A stretch of DNA of 64,000 nt, from contig CAMBGF010000001.1 in the NCBI GenBank assembly GCA_945866135.1, positions 24,805 through 88,804 on the forward strand, written 5' to 3'. The notes beneath the pieces were generated by a model that searched no databases, was not told where the DNA came from, and saw only the letters and a list, made by a program, of their open reading frames with translations. The first letter of the stretch is position 1; each line of letters begins with the position of its first letter. The translations under genes and the position numbers were made by a program. Shown one piece after another: positions 22,999-32,733 of this stretch. This DNA comes from Bifidobacterium breve (GTDB lineage: Bacteria; Actinomycetota; Actinomycetes; S36-B12; UBA5976).

Positions 22999-24434
22999 AC
23001 CAATAACTCCTTTTTACGCTTGTCTACCCACTCGTCAAGCTCTTCTTTAATGGCCGAGTCCATTTCTGGCGCAACATAGTCTTCAACCATCTTGTGCGCT
23101 ATTTTATTGGCTCTAACATCTGTTGTCTCGGATCCGATTCGCTTCCAGCGATCAAAGTTGTCTGCAGATGACAGGAACGGCCGATAGAAACAATCACGGA
23201 AACGATCCATAGTGTGAGCAGTTCCAAGAAAATGCCCACCATGTCCAGCTTCTTCGTGCGAGCCAAAGGCAAGTGATGCCTCATCAATTTCAAATGGCGT
23301 GAATTCTGCCTGCATCATCTGAAGTAATTCAACGTCCATAACAAATTTTTCATACGATGCAACTAAGCCACCTTCAAGCCAGCCAGCTGTGTGCATGACA
23401 AAGTTTGTGCCGGCAAGGAAAGTTGCATGCATTGTCATCAACGATTGGTATCCAGCTTGGGCATCCATAGTCTGCGCTGCATTCAGCGCGCCACCACCGC
23501 GAAATGGTAGTCCAAAGTGACGGGCAACTTGTCCAGTGCACAGCAGTCCCATTGCAGATTCCGGAGTACCGAACATTGGTGAGCCTGACTGCATGTCAAT
23601 GTTTGAAAGGAACGACCCAAACACTGCAGGGCAACCTGGGCGAACTAGTTGCGCAAGCGCGATGCCGCTTAAAGCTTCAGCAATTTGCTGCACCAAAGAT
23701 GCTGGAATCGTAACTGGGCTCATTGCGCCCATTAGCAAGAACGGAGTTAGCACACATGGTTGACCCGCTTCGCTGTATTCAAATAAAGAATCCAACATGC
23801 GATCATCCCAACGAAGTGGCGAGTTGCAGTTGATCAGGGAAATAATTGCAGGAGTTTTTTCGATGCTTTCACGAGACCCAAATACAATTTCGGTCATTTT
23901 GATGACATCTCTTGCGTTTGGACCAGTAACAACATTTCCCATGTATGCCTTGTCACTCAAAGTTTGTAAGGAATAGGTCATGTCAATGTGACGGGTGTCT
24001 AAATGTGCATCGTTTGGTTCAACAACAACCGCGCTTGAGACGTCTAAGTCTTCAAACATGTAGGTAAGTTTTGTAAAATTCTGAAAATCATCTAGCGTGC
24101 CATCGCGGCGCACACCCAGATCTCTAACGAATGGGGGGCCATAGACACCACCAAAAACCATATTGTCGCCACCGATGATTACGTTGTTTTTTGGATTGCG
24201 AGCTTGCAGCGTGAATTCCTTAGGGGCTTTAGCAACTTGAGCCAAGATCCACTCAGGATCAAACTTCACATTGTTGCCTTCAACTTTTTGACCCGCGGCC
24301 CGGAACATTTCCAGGGCGCGATCATGCATAAACTCGATTCCCATTTCGGAAACAATTCGGCGCCATCCCTTATCGAGGACAGCCATCGCATCCTGCGAAA
24401 GGATTTCATAACGTGGGCTCTTATTTTGGAACAT
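22995..24434 (-). CDS. Non-pyrrolysine MttB-superfamily methyltransferase (MtgB-like, probably glycine betaine:corrinoid)
   Basis: [45 protein letters not shown]; no in-frame amber codon; RBS AGGAG. Confidence 0.9.
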   Translation of the reverse strand: MFQNKSPRYEILSQDAMAVLDKGWRRIVSEMGIEFMHDRALEMFRAAGQKVEGNNVKFDPEWILAQVAKAPKEFTLQARNPKNNVIIGGDNMVFGGVYGPPFVRDLGVRRDGTLDDFQNFTKLTYMFEDLDVSSAVVVEPNDAHLDTRHIDMTYSLQTLSDKAYMGNVVTGPNARDVIKMTEIVFGSRESIEKTPAIISLINCNSPLRWDDRMLDSLFEYSEAGQPCVLTPFLLMGAMSPVTIPASLVQQIAEALSGIALAQLVRPGCPAVFGSFLSNIDMQSGSPMFGTPESAMGLLCTGQVARHFGLPFRGGGALNAAQTMDAQAGYQSLMTMHATFLAGTNFVMHTAGWLEGGLVASYEKFVMDVELLQMMQAEFTPFEIDEASLAFGSHEEAGHGGHFLGTAHTMDRFRDCFYRPFLSSADNFDRWKRIGSETTDVRANKIAHKMVEDYVAPEMDSAIKEELDEWVDKRKKELLV

Positions 24435-24498
24435 TTCTGGCTCCTGCTGTGCGCGCTATCAGTTTTGATAACAAGTTGAAAAGATTCACCAAATGGAC

Positions 24499-24558
24499 TT
24501 GACGAATACCGCACACAATACCGTACTATGTGGAACATAGGTTCCAGATTGTGAAACT
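24499..24558. promoter_or_regulatory. Divergent promoter region with candidate IclR2 operator
   Basis: TTGACG (24499) ... TACTAT (24524) with a long 19-bp spacer; TGGAAC-ATAG-GTTCCA palindrome 24531-24546; GGTTCC-N7-GAAACT 24540-24558. Confidence 0.5.
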
Positions 24559-24631
24559 TCCTTGAAGTCCTTGCAACCTGGAATTAGTACAAATTTAGCC
24601 CAAGTTTATAAAGCATATAGAAGGAGGCGAG

Positions 24632-25411
24632 ATGAGCGAGAAGTTTGCCTTAGATATGCAAGAAAAGCCGGTAACTGGAACGCAATCTATTGATCGCGCC
24701 TGCGACCTGCTAATTCGAGTTATTAACTCCGAAGATCCTGTGACATTGAGCGAGCTAGTCTCCACAACTGGCTTAGCTAAGGGAACTACCTCGCGAATCC
24801 TCAGCGCCCTTGAGCGCAGTGGTTTACTAGCCCGAAGTGTGATTGGCGGATTTGAATCAGGACCAGTGCTTAATCAATACGCAGTTCGCGGCGGCGCCTA
24901 CACAGCTTTGATCGGTTCCCTTACGCCAGCAATGGAGCGCATTGCCGACATAACGCACGAAACGGTCAGCTTGGCTGTAACTGGACACACTGGAATCGAC
25001 AATATTGCTCAGGTCGAGGGTTCATATCTATTAGGAAGCCGCAACTGGGTAGGCGAGAGTGTGCCATCTCATTGTTCAGCTGCCGGGAAAGTCCTAATTG
25101 CTTTTGGCGGCGCATCTGCGCCGAGCACATTGGCGCCACGAACCACTGAAACCATTACTGACTTTGCAACTTTGGATGCCCACATTCGAAAAGCGCGAGA
25201 AGTTGGCTACGCCGTAATTCGAAATGAACTTGAGCAAGGCTTGATATCAGTTGCGATTCCAGTTCTTGACGCCTCCAACAAGGCAATCGCGGCTTTGTCA
25301 GTTAGCGGACCTGCTGAGAGAATTACCCCAGGCGATGAATTACACATTGCACAACTTATGCGTAGAGAACTTAACCAAGTACAAGGCTTAAAACAAGAAG
25401 GAGCAGCATGA
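24632..25411 (+). CDS. IclR family transcriptional regulator 2
   Basis: TQSIDRA HTH, HCSAAGKVL, SVAIPV, LSVSGP; RBS AGGAGG. Confidence 0.95.
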   Translation: MSEKFALDMQEKPVTGTQSIDRACDLLIRVINSEDPVTLSELVSTTGLAKGTTSRILSALERSGLLARSVIGGFESGPVLNQYAVRGGAYTALIGSLTPAMERIADITHETVSLAVTGHTGIDNIAQVEGSYLLGSRNWVGESVPSHCSAAGKVLIAFGGASAPSTLAPRTTETITDFATLDAHIRKAREVGYAVIRNELEQGLISVAIPVLDASNKAIAALSVSGPAERITPGDELHIAQLMRRELNQVQGLKQEGAA

Positions 25412-26064
25412 CTCACGATGAAATCCTGAAGGAAATGTATGAGCGCACTATGGAAGGCAATGCACCACGTGTGCTTGAGCTAACTCACATGGGCTTGGAC
25501 TCAGGACTAACACCGGACTCAATTCTTTTTGATGCTTTAATTCCTTCCCTCGAAGAAGTTGGTGCGCGCTTTGAGCGTGGCGACTATTTCGTACCTGAAA
25601 TGTTGATTGCAGGTCGCGCAATGAGTGGCGCTTTAGATGTGCTTCGCCCACTATTGGCGGATACCGGCGCCGAAACCGTCGGCACATTCCTTATGGGAAC
25701 TGTTAAGGGAGATGTTCACGACATCGGTAAGAATTTAGTTAACATCATGCTGGAAGGCGCTGGCTTTCAAGTTATTGATATCGGCGTTCAGTGCGCACCT
25801 GAAAAATTTATTGATGCAATCAAGGAACATCAACCAGATGTTGTTGGCATGTCAGCATTTCTAACCACCACGATGCCAATGTTTAAAGTCAACATCCATG
25901 AAATTACCAAAGCGGGTATGCGCGATGACGTAATAATCATGGTTGGCGGTGCACCGGTGACTCAAGAATATGCCGATGTGGTGGGGGCGGATGGTTACGC
26001 TTCTGATGCCTCGATGGCTGTCCGTAAGGCCAAGGAATTAATTGCAATTAAGCGTGGCAAGTAG
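25408..26064 (+). CDS. Corrinoid (B12-binding) methyl-carrier protein, MtgC-like
   Basis: Four-helix cap with FVPEML, and DxHxxG motif GDVHDIGKNLV, MVGGAP. Confidence 0.95.
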   Translation: MTHDEILKEMYERTMEGNAPRVLELTHMGLDSGLTPDSILFDALIPSLEEVGARFERGDYFVPEMLIAGRAMSGALDVLRPLLADTGAETVGTFLMGTVKGDVHDIGKNLVNIMLEGAGFQVIDIGVQCAPEKFIDAIKEHQPDVVGMSAFLTTTMPMFKVNIHEITKAGMRDDVIIMVGGAPVTQEYADVVGADGYASDASMAVRKAKELIAIKRGK

Positions 26065-26072
26065 CAAAATTC

Positions 26073-26468
26073 ATGACGACTTTTATTGCAACTATTGAAC
26101 ACGTAGTCAAAGGCCCGGTTTGGGGCTGCCAAGATTGTGGTCAATGCGTGCTGCACTCAACTGGAATGACTTGTCCAATGAACTGCCCGAAGACATTGCG
26201 CAATGGCCCTTGTGGTGGTGTGCGAGAAAATGGTCATTGCGAAGTAAATCCAGAAATGAAATGTGTTTGGCTTAAGGCTTATGACCGCACGCAAGGTTGG
26301 CCATTGCCCTTAGCTTGGAAAGAGGAATACAACCATTTACGTCCACCGGTTGATAATCGACTAAAGGGAACCTCGTCGTGGAAAAACTTTTTCACTAAGC
26401 GGGATCGCTGGACGCCAGCTGGTTGGAAGAACACCACGGATGAATCAATCGAAGTGGGTCACAACTGA
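26073..26468 (+). CDS. MetV-like Cys-rich MTHFR partner (MTHFR C-terminal domain protein)
   Basis: CQDCGQC...CPMNCPK.LRNGPCGG...CEV....CVW; stop overlaps the metF start. Confidence 0.88.
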   Translation: MTTFIATIEHVVKGPVWGCQDCGQCVLHSTGMTCPMNCPKTLRNGPCGGVRENGHCEVNPEMKCVWLKAYDRTQGWPLPLAWKEEYNHLRPPVDNRLKGTSSWKNFFTKRDRWTPAGWKNTTDESIEVGHN

Positions 26469-27409
26469 TGTCAACACTTGAGCATAAATTAACTAAAACT
26501 ACCGAAACTGTATTCACTGCTGAATTTCACTCACTTGATGGAAATGGTCTAGAAAAGGCAAAGAAGTATGCCGACCGATTAAGCGGTTGGTTTGATGGCG
26601 TAAATGCCACGGATAACACGGCAGCACATGCACATGTTTCTAACGTTGCTACTGCCATAGCCATGAAACAACTTGGTCTGGAACCAATTTTGCAAGTAGT
26701 TTGCCGTGACAAGAATCGCTTAGCTCAACAAGCGGACATCATGGGCGCAAGCATGTTTGGCGTTGAAAACTTCTTGGCGCTAACTGGTGACGATGTAACG
26801 GCTGGAGATGAAACAGAAGCTCGTCGGGTATTTGATTTAGACGGACCACAGCTAGTGCGCTTAATGAGCACAATTAAGCGTGGTGAATACATGTCGGGCC
26901 GCAAAATTGATCCTGCGCCGCACATGTTCATTGGCGCTGTTGAAAATCCTGGCGCGCCGCCATTTGAATATCGCGTTCAACGGGTTGCCAAGAAATATGC
27001 CTCAGGTGCTAAGTTTCTACAACTTCAAATTTGCTACCATCAAGATCGCTTAGAAAAGTTCTGTGCTGGTGTTCGCGATGCAGGTTTAGCTGGCAAGATC
27101 GCGATAATTCCAACCATTGTTTTGATCAAAGGTGCCAGGCCATTGAATTTCATGCACAATAACGTGGCAGGAATTGATGTTCCGGCGGATCAGATTGCGC
27201 GCGTTGAAAAAGCAGCGGATCCGGCAGAAGAAGCATATTTACAAACTTTAGAATTTGCCCAACATGCTTTGGCTCAGCCAGCTGTGCGGGGTCTGCACAT
27301 AACAGACTTCAGAAATGATGAGACACTTGAACGACTAATGACAGACCTTGGCAGAGTTCGCCAATCAATTACAAGCGAAGTAAAGGACAACCATGCATAC
27401 AGTGCTTAG
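26468..27409 (+). CDS. metF: Methylenetetrahydrofolate reductase
   Basis: NATDN, CRDKNR, LALTGDD, VFDLD, KK..SGA.FLQLQ. Confidence 0.9.
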   Translation: MSTLEHKLTKTTETVFTAEFHSLDGNGLEKAKKYADRLSGWFDGVNATDNTAAHAHVSNVATAIAMKQLGLEPILQVVCRDKNRLAQQADIMGASMFGVENFLALTGDDVTAGDETEARRVFDLDGPQLVRLMSTIKRGEYMSGRKIDPAPHMFIGAVENPGAPPFEYRVQRVAKKYASGAKFLQLQICYHQDRLEKFCAGVRDAGLAGKIAIIPTIVLIKGARPLNFMHNNVAGIDVPADQIARVEKAADPAEEAYLQTLEFAQHALAQPAVRGLHITDFRNDETLERLMTDLGRVRQSITSEVKDNHAYSA

Positions 27410-28247
27410 TAGCCCAACCAAGACGGTAACAATCGGTCATGATGTTCCGTTTGTAATTATTGGTGAGCGCCTAAACCCCACTGGACGCAAACTTTTCCAA
27501 GAAAAACTTCGTGCCAATGATCTTTCAACTATCAACATTGACGTAGCTGACCAAGTTGCTGGTGGCTGCGACATGCTCGATGTGAACATGGGCGTTCCAC
27601 TAACAGATGAACCAGCACTATTGGCGAACGCGATCAAACTCGTCCAGTCACTAACTGACTTACCGATTTGCATTGATTCATCGGTCATCGAAGCGCTGGA
27701 AGCAGGACTTGCCGTCTATGAAGGCAAAGCCCTAGTTAACTCAATGACTGGTGAAGATGAGCGAATGGATTTGATACTTCCGTTAGTTAAGAAATATGAC
27801 GCGGCGATTCTTGCTCTTCCTAATGATGAAATTGAAATTCCTATGCTGGCAAAAGACCGCATGGTAATTGTTGAAAAGATTGTGCGTCGGGTTGAAAAAG
27901 AAGGCATCTCGCTAGAGAACTTGCTAATTGATCCACTTGCCATGCCAGTTGGCGCAGATCCAGAAAATGCAAAGCACACACTCGAGACCATTTACTTAAT
28001 TAAAGAAAAGTATGGTCTTAACATGTCACTCGGTGCCTCAAATGTTTCCTTTGGCTTACCAAACCGGCATGCCCTAAATGGTGCTTTTATGCCGATGGCA
28101 ATGGCGATGGGTTTAACATCGGCAATTATGGATGGTCGCACTCCTGAAGTTGTACAAGCAGTGCGCGCTTCGGACCTAGTTTTGGGACTAGATCAATGGG
28201 GCGCTAATTGGATTAGTAACTTCCGAGCAAACAAAGAAGCGCAATAA
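27393..28247 (+). CDS. Methylcorrinoid:tetrahydrofolate methyltransferase (pterin-binding domain, MtgA/AcsE-like)
   Basis: IGERLNPTG, LDVNMG, CIDSS, LVNS, IDP, GASNVSFGLP. Confidence 0.92.
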   Translation: MHTVLSSPTKTVTIGHDVPFVIIGERLNPTGRKLFQEKLRANDLSTINIDVADQVAGGCDMLDVNMGVPLTDEPALLANAIKLVQSLTDLPICIDSSVIEALEAGLAVYEGKALVNSMTGEDERMDLILPLVKKYDAAILALPNDEIEIPMLAKDRMVIVEKIVRRVEKEGISLENLLIDPLAMPVGADPENAKHTLETIYLIKEKYGLNMSLGASNVSFGLPNRHALNGAFMPMAMAMGLTSAIMDGRTPEVVQAVRASDLVLGLDQWGANWISNFRANKEAQ

Positions 28248-28276
28248 CCGATAAGAATTAGCTGAAAGTAAAACCA

Positions 28277-30145
28277 GTGCCAGAAAACGAAAGCTCCTCG
28301 CCGCAGACGACAGTCAGTGGACTTGGTCGCGTCCAATTGCAGTTCAGTCCAAGTGGAACTGATGTTCGTGTGCCCCCTGGAGTAACTGTTTTTGACGCAG
28401 CTTCGTGGAATGGTTTAGCAATTGACTCCACATGTGGTGGCCATGGAACTTGCAAAAAATGCAAGATTCAAATTCTTGAAGGCGAAGTTCCGGTTTCTCG
28501 ACTAGACATCCGAGCCTTTAGTTCAGAACAGCTTGCAGATGGCTGGCGCTTGGCATGTGTTGCTCGCGCAAACGGAAATCTAAAAGTTGAAGTCCCGCCG
28601 CTATCCACGCGGCCAAAAGCTGCAACGGTGGGAGTAGGTCGACAGGTTATTTTGCGTCCTGCTGTGCAAAAACGATATGTCGAACTTGTTGAGCCAACTT
28701 TGCACGATCAACGTCCTGACATTGATCGACTGCGAGATGCCATGGATGATTTAGAGTTCCAAGCTGATTTATCAGTTCTAAAAACCCTGCCAACTATCTT
28801 GCGCAAAAATGATTTTAAAGTTACTGCAGTAGTCGTAGATGAGGCGCTGATTGCAGTGGAGCCAGGTGATACTTCGGCGCAGAACTACGCAATTGCCTTT
28901 GATCTTGGGACCACCACTGTCGTAGCGACTTTGCTTGATCTAATGACAGGCACTCCGCTGGCAGTTAAGTCAATGCTTAACAAGCAACAGCCATTTGGTG
29001 CCGACGTAATTTCGCGAATTTCTGCAACGATGATGGATCCACTGGCTGCTGGTCTAATGCAAAGCGCTGGACTAGCCACACTTAATGAACTTATTGCTGA
29101 AGTATGCACTGAAGCGGGCATCTCAAAAGATCAGGTTTACGAAACAGCGATTGCTGGTAACGCGACTATGGTCGAAATTTTGCTTGGCGTAGATCCAGAA
29201 CCTGTAGGCGTTGCGCCGTTTATCACTGCGGCGCAAAAGTGGCCAGTGTTTACTGCTGCTGAAGTGGGAATTGAAATACTTCCTTCCGCTCGCGTCTTTC
29301 TATTCCCAGCATTCGGTGCCTACGTTGGTGGTGACATTGTTGCGGGCGTGCTTGCTACTGGTATGGATCGCGACAAGCGAGTGCGCTTACTTATTGACGT
29401 AGGCACTAACTGCGAGATCGTGCTATCAAACGGCGACACGATTTTAACAACGGCTGCCCCAGCGGGACCAGCTTTTGAAGCCGCTTCAATTGCCTGTGGC
29501 ATGCGCGCTGCCGATGGCGCCATAGAAGTAGTGCAAGTAACTGATGAAGGTATCAAACTTGGGGTGATTGGCGATACGGAACCAGTTGGAATTTGCGGAT
29601 CAGGTCTAGTAGATGCGGTTTACGTACTTCATAAAGCAAAACTGATCGATGATTCTGGCCGCTTTGTAACTGATGAGTTAGCTCTTGAAATTGCCCCACA
29701 CTTAGCTTCGCGATTGCTCACTCGAGAAGCAGGGGATCGAATTTTTGTATTGCACTGGGACGGCGAGGAACCAACGGTTTACCTATCGCAGCGAGATGTT
29801 CGTGAACTGCAATTTGCAAAAGCTTCGATTGCAACGGGGTGGCGCCTGCTACTTGAAGAAGTTGGCTTAGTTGATGAGGATGTGCAGCAGGTGCTGCTCG
29901 CTGGATCTTTTGGATCGTATCTGTCGCCAGCATCGGCCATTGGCATCGGATTGGTTCCAAAACTTCCAGTTATGCGTATCGTCAGTGCTGGAAACGTTGC
30001 CGGCGAAGGCGCGAAGATGGTTTTGTTGTCGAGCACAGAACGAAGCGGCGCAACTACTTTGTTGGATGAAGTTGACTATGTTGAACTTTCTGATCGACCA
30101 GATTTCAACGACAAGTTTTTCTTGGAGTTGGCGCTTCCATCATGA
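28277..30145 (+). CDS. ATP-dependent reductive activator of corrinoid proteins (RACo-like, ASKHA with 2Fe-2S domain)
   Basis: CGGHGTCKKC..LAC ferredoxin domain; DLGTTT, FGADVISRI, IDVGTNCE, AGPAFE, GICGSG, LAGSFG. Confidence 0.93.
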   Translation: MPENESSSPQTTVSGLGRVQLQFSPSGTDVRVPPGVTVFDAASWNGLAIDSTCGGHGTCKKCKIQILEGEVPVSRLDIRAFSSEQLADGWRLACVARANGNLKVEVPPLSTRPKAATVGVGRQVILRPAVQKRYVELVEPTLHDQRPDIDRLRDAMDDLEFQADLSVLKTLPTILRKNDFKVTAVVVDEALIAVEPGDTSAQNYAIAFDLGTTTVVATLLDLMTGTPLAVKSMLNKQQPFGADVISRISATMMDPLAAGLMQSAGLATLNELIAEVCTEAGISKDQVYETAIAGNATMVEILLGVDPEPVGVAPFITAAQKWPVFTAAEVGIEILPSARVFLFPAFGAYVGGDIVAGVLATGMDRDKRVRLLIDVGTNCEIVLSNGDTILTTAAPAGPAFEAASIACGMRAADGAIEVVQVTDEGIKLGVIGDTEPVGICGSGLVDAVYVLHKAKLIDDSGRFVTDELALEIAPHLASRLLTREAGDRIFVLHWDGEEPTVYLSQRDVRELQFAKASIATGWRLLLEEVGLVDEDVQQVLLAGSFGSYLSPASAIGIGLVPKLPVMRIVSAGNVAGEGAKMVLLSSTERSGATTLLDEVDYVELSDRPDFNDKFFLELALPS

Positions 30146-30735
30146 GCATCGCAGTGATTGCATGTGGAGCACTTGCTGCCCACGTTCATGAAATAGCAGA
30201 TCGTCGAAATTTGGACTTGCATGTTGAGCCGGTCAATCCGTTACTCCACAACCGCCCTGAAGGAATTGCGCCAGAAGTTGAAAAACTAATTCTGGAATTA
30301 CAACCAATACATGATCAAGTTGCTATTGCCTACGCAGACTGTGGAACTTACGGTGCGATAGATCAACTTTGTGACAAGTACCAAGTCTCGCGCTTGTCTG
30401 GAGATCATTGCTATGACGTGTTTGCCACTGCGGAAAAAATGAAAGCTGAATTCGAAGCTGAGCCAGGTACTTATGTATTCACGGACTACCTAGTAAAGAC
30501 TTTCAGGCGCAGCGTCATGGTGGAAATGGGACTGGAAAAATACCCAGAACTTCGGGATGACTACTTTCACTCCTACAAGCGAGTGCTTTGGCTATCACAG
30601 CGCCAAACCCCTGAATTAGAGGCTGCCGCCCAAGATGCAGCGCAACTAATCGGCCTGCCACTTGAAATTATGCATGTTGGAGATGCACACTTAGAAGAGC
30701 AGCTCCTTGCTTTGATTGGATCAAAAGTTGAGTAA
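30142..30735 (+). CDS. DUF1638-family protein
   Basis: IACGAL, LHNRPE, YADCGT, HCY, PGTY.FTD pattern; family recalled as a neighbour of corrinoid methyltransferases. Confidence 0.8.
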   Translation: MSIAVIACGALAAHVHEIADRRNLDLHVEPVNPLLHNRPEGIAPEVEKLILELQPIHDQVAIAYADCGTYGAIDQLCDKYQVSRLSGDHCYDVFATAEKMKAEFEAEPGTYVFTDYLVKTFRRSVMVEMGLEKYPELRDDYFHSYKRVLWLSQRQTPELEAAAQDAAQLIGLPLEIMHVGDAHLEEQLLALIGSKVE

Positions 30736-31189
30736 TTATTCCGAGGAAAGCATTCTGAATTACTTGGGACCTTACAAAGGCGAGGCGTCAGCGATTTTAC
30801 GTTCTTTGCAGTTGGTGCAAGAACTTTTGGGTTACGTGCCAGATAGCGCCATTGATTTAGTCGCTAAAAATTCCAATGTTTCGCGCGCCGAAGTTTATGG
30901 CGTATTTACCTTCTACAGTGATTTCCGCTCAACACCTCCTGCCCAAGTTGTCGTTAAAGTGTGTGTCGCTGAGGCTTGCCAAGCATCTGGAAATGCCGAA
31001 TTGATTTCACAATTACACGGCCAGGGCTATGACATTCACAGTGGAAAAATTAAAGATGATATTCAAATGGAACAAACTTTCTGCTTAGGAAATTGCGCAC
31101 TTGGCCCAGCTGCCATGGTTAACGGTAAGCCGATTGGACGCGCAACTAGCGCGAGTATTTTGAAGACCGCTGTGGAACTTATTTCGTGA
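30716..31189 (+). CDS. fdsG: NAD-dependent formate dehydrogenase gamma subunit (NuoE-like; start uncertain, 30716 or 30728)
   Basis: SRAEVYGVFTFY.DF, CVAEACQ, CLGNC 2Fe-2S ligands. Confidence 0.9.
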   Translation: MDQKLSNYSEESILNYLGPYKGEASAILRSLQLVQELLGYVPDSAIDLVAKNSNVSRAEVYGVFTFYSDFRSTPPAQVVVKVCVAEACQASGNAELISQLHGQGYDIHSGKIKDDIQMEQTFCLGNCALGPAAMVNGKPIGRATSASILKTAVELIS

Positions 31190-32733
31190 TTAAAGTATTT
31201 GTTCCTTTGGATTCTGCTGCCTTATCAATGGGCGCAGACGAAGTGGCCATTGCAATTGTGCAAAGCGCCGCAAGCCAAGGCAAAGACATTACTTTGATCC
31301 GCACAGGATCCAGAGGAATGCTTTGGTTGGAACCATTAGTTGAGGTTGAAACTTCAGCTGGCCGCATTGGTTTCGCCAACATAAGCACCGAGGCAGTCCC
31401 TGAGTTAATCAAAAGTGGAGCGCTAGACACTGGATCCCATAAATCAAGTATTGGATTAGTCGAAGAACATGATTTCTTTAAGAATCAAAACCGAGTAACT
31501 TTCGCCCGCGTTGGAGTAATTGATCCACTTTCGATTTCAGATTACGAAAATCATGGCGGTCTTGTAGGACTGCGCAAGGCGCTGGAAATGTCTGCCGCTG
31601 AAGTAGTTTCACAAGTTACTGAATCCGGACTGCGTGGTCGTGGCGGCGCAGGATTCCCAGCTGGCATTAAATGGCAAACGGTACTTAACACGCAGTCAGA
31701 TCAAAAATACATTTGTTGCAATGCCGATGAAGGTGACAGTGGGACATTCGCAGACAGAATGCTGATGGAAGGTGATCCATTTACTCTGATTGAAGGAATG
31801 ATCATCTCTGGAATTGCAGTCGGTGCAACGCAAGGTCTGATTTATGTGCGCTCGGAATATCCTCATGCAATTGACATCTTGAATCGTGCGATTGCGATGG
31901 CAAACGAATATGGCTTACTTGGTTCAAACGTCTTGGGATCGAAATCTGCTTTTGCTCTTGAGGTTAGAGTTGGCGCAGGCAGTTACGTGTGTGGTGAAGA
32001 GACCGCAATGCTGGAAAGTCTGGAAGGCAAACGTGGCATGGTTCGTGCTAAGCCTCCGATCCCAGCGCTGGTTGGATTGTTTGGGAAACCAACAGTAATA
32101 AATAACGTGATGACTTTGTCTGCGGTTCCAATGATTTTGGCGCAAGGTGCTGCTGCGTATCAGGCACTAGGACATGAGCGCTCCCGCGGTACGCAAGTAT
32201 TTCAACTCGCTGGAAACATAAAACGAGGTGGCGTAGTTGAAGTTGCTTTCGGAATCACTCTAGGTGAACTCGTAGATATCTACGGCGGTGGAACTAACAG
32301 TGGTAAGCCTGTTAAGACTGTGCAAATTGGTGGACCACTTGGGGCTTACTTAGGTACTGAATCTTGGGATGTTGCGATGGCTTATGAATCCCTTGCCCAA
32401 GCTGGTGGCATGCTGGGCCACGGCGGCATTGTGGTTTTTGACGATACGGCAAACATGGCAAAGCAAGCAAGGTTTGCTATGGAATTTTGCGCGGAAGAAT
32501 CGTGTGGCAAATGCACTCCTTGTCGTATCGGGTCAACTCGTGGAGTTGAAGTTATTGATCGAATTGTTGCGGGCGAAGATCAAGAAAAAAACCTCGAATT
32601 ACTTGAGGATCTGTGTGAAGTCATGACTGACGGTTCGCTTTGTGCAATGGGTGGACTCACTCCAATGCCAGTTCGCAGTGCACTCAAGTTATTTCCAGCT
32701 GATTTCGGGATCAAGACAGGAGCAAAGTTATGA
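31186..32733 (+). CDS. fdsB: NAD-dependent formate dehydrogenase beta subunit (NuoF-like)
   Basis: GLRGRGGAGFP, NADEGDSGTFADR, YVCGEET, SCGKCTPCRIG. Confidence 0.94.
   Translation: MIKVFVPLDSAALSMGADEVAIAIVQSAASQGKDITLIRTGSRGMLWLEPLVEVETSAGRIGFANISTEAVPELIKSGALDTGSHKSSIGLVEEHDFFKNQNRVTFARVGVIDPLSISDYENHGGLVGLRKALEMSAAEVVSQVTESGLRGRGGAGFPAGIKWQTVLNTQSDQKYICCNADEGDSGTFADRMLMEGDPFTLIEGMIISGIAVGATQGLIYVRSEYPHAIDILNRAIAMANEYGLLGSNVLGSKSAFALEVRVGAGSYVCGEETAMLESLEGKRGMVRAKPPIPALVGLFGKPTVINNVMTLSAVPMILAQGAAAYQALGHERSRGTQVFQLAGNIKRGGVVEVAFGITLGELVDIYGGGTNSGKPVKTVQIGGPLGAYLGTESWDVAMAYESLAQAGGMLGHGGIVVFDDTANMAKQARFAMEFCAEESCGKCTPCRIGSTRGVEVIDRIVAGEDQEKNLELLEDLCEVMTDGSLCAMGGLTPMPVRSALKLFPADFGIKTGAKL

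Noticed and set aside
24435..24631. Cobalamin or THF riboswitch in the divergent spacer
   Set aside because: No B12-box or extended structure recognisable by eye; a covariance-model search would be needed to exclude it fully
25408..28247. Fragmented metH pseudogene or split methionine synthase
   Set aside because: The genes are intact stand-alone modules with no homocysteine-binding or SAM-reactivation domain nearby, though such a domain elsewhere cannot be excluded
30716..32733. Respiratory complex I nuoE/nuoF
   Set aside because: Directly coupled to fdsA/fdsD with no other nuo genes
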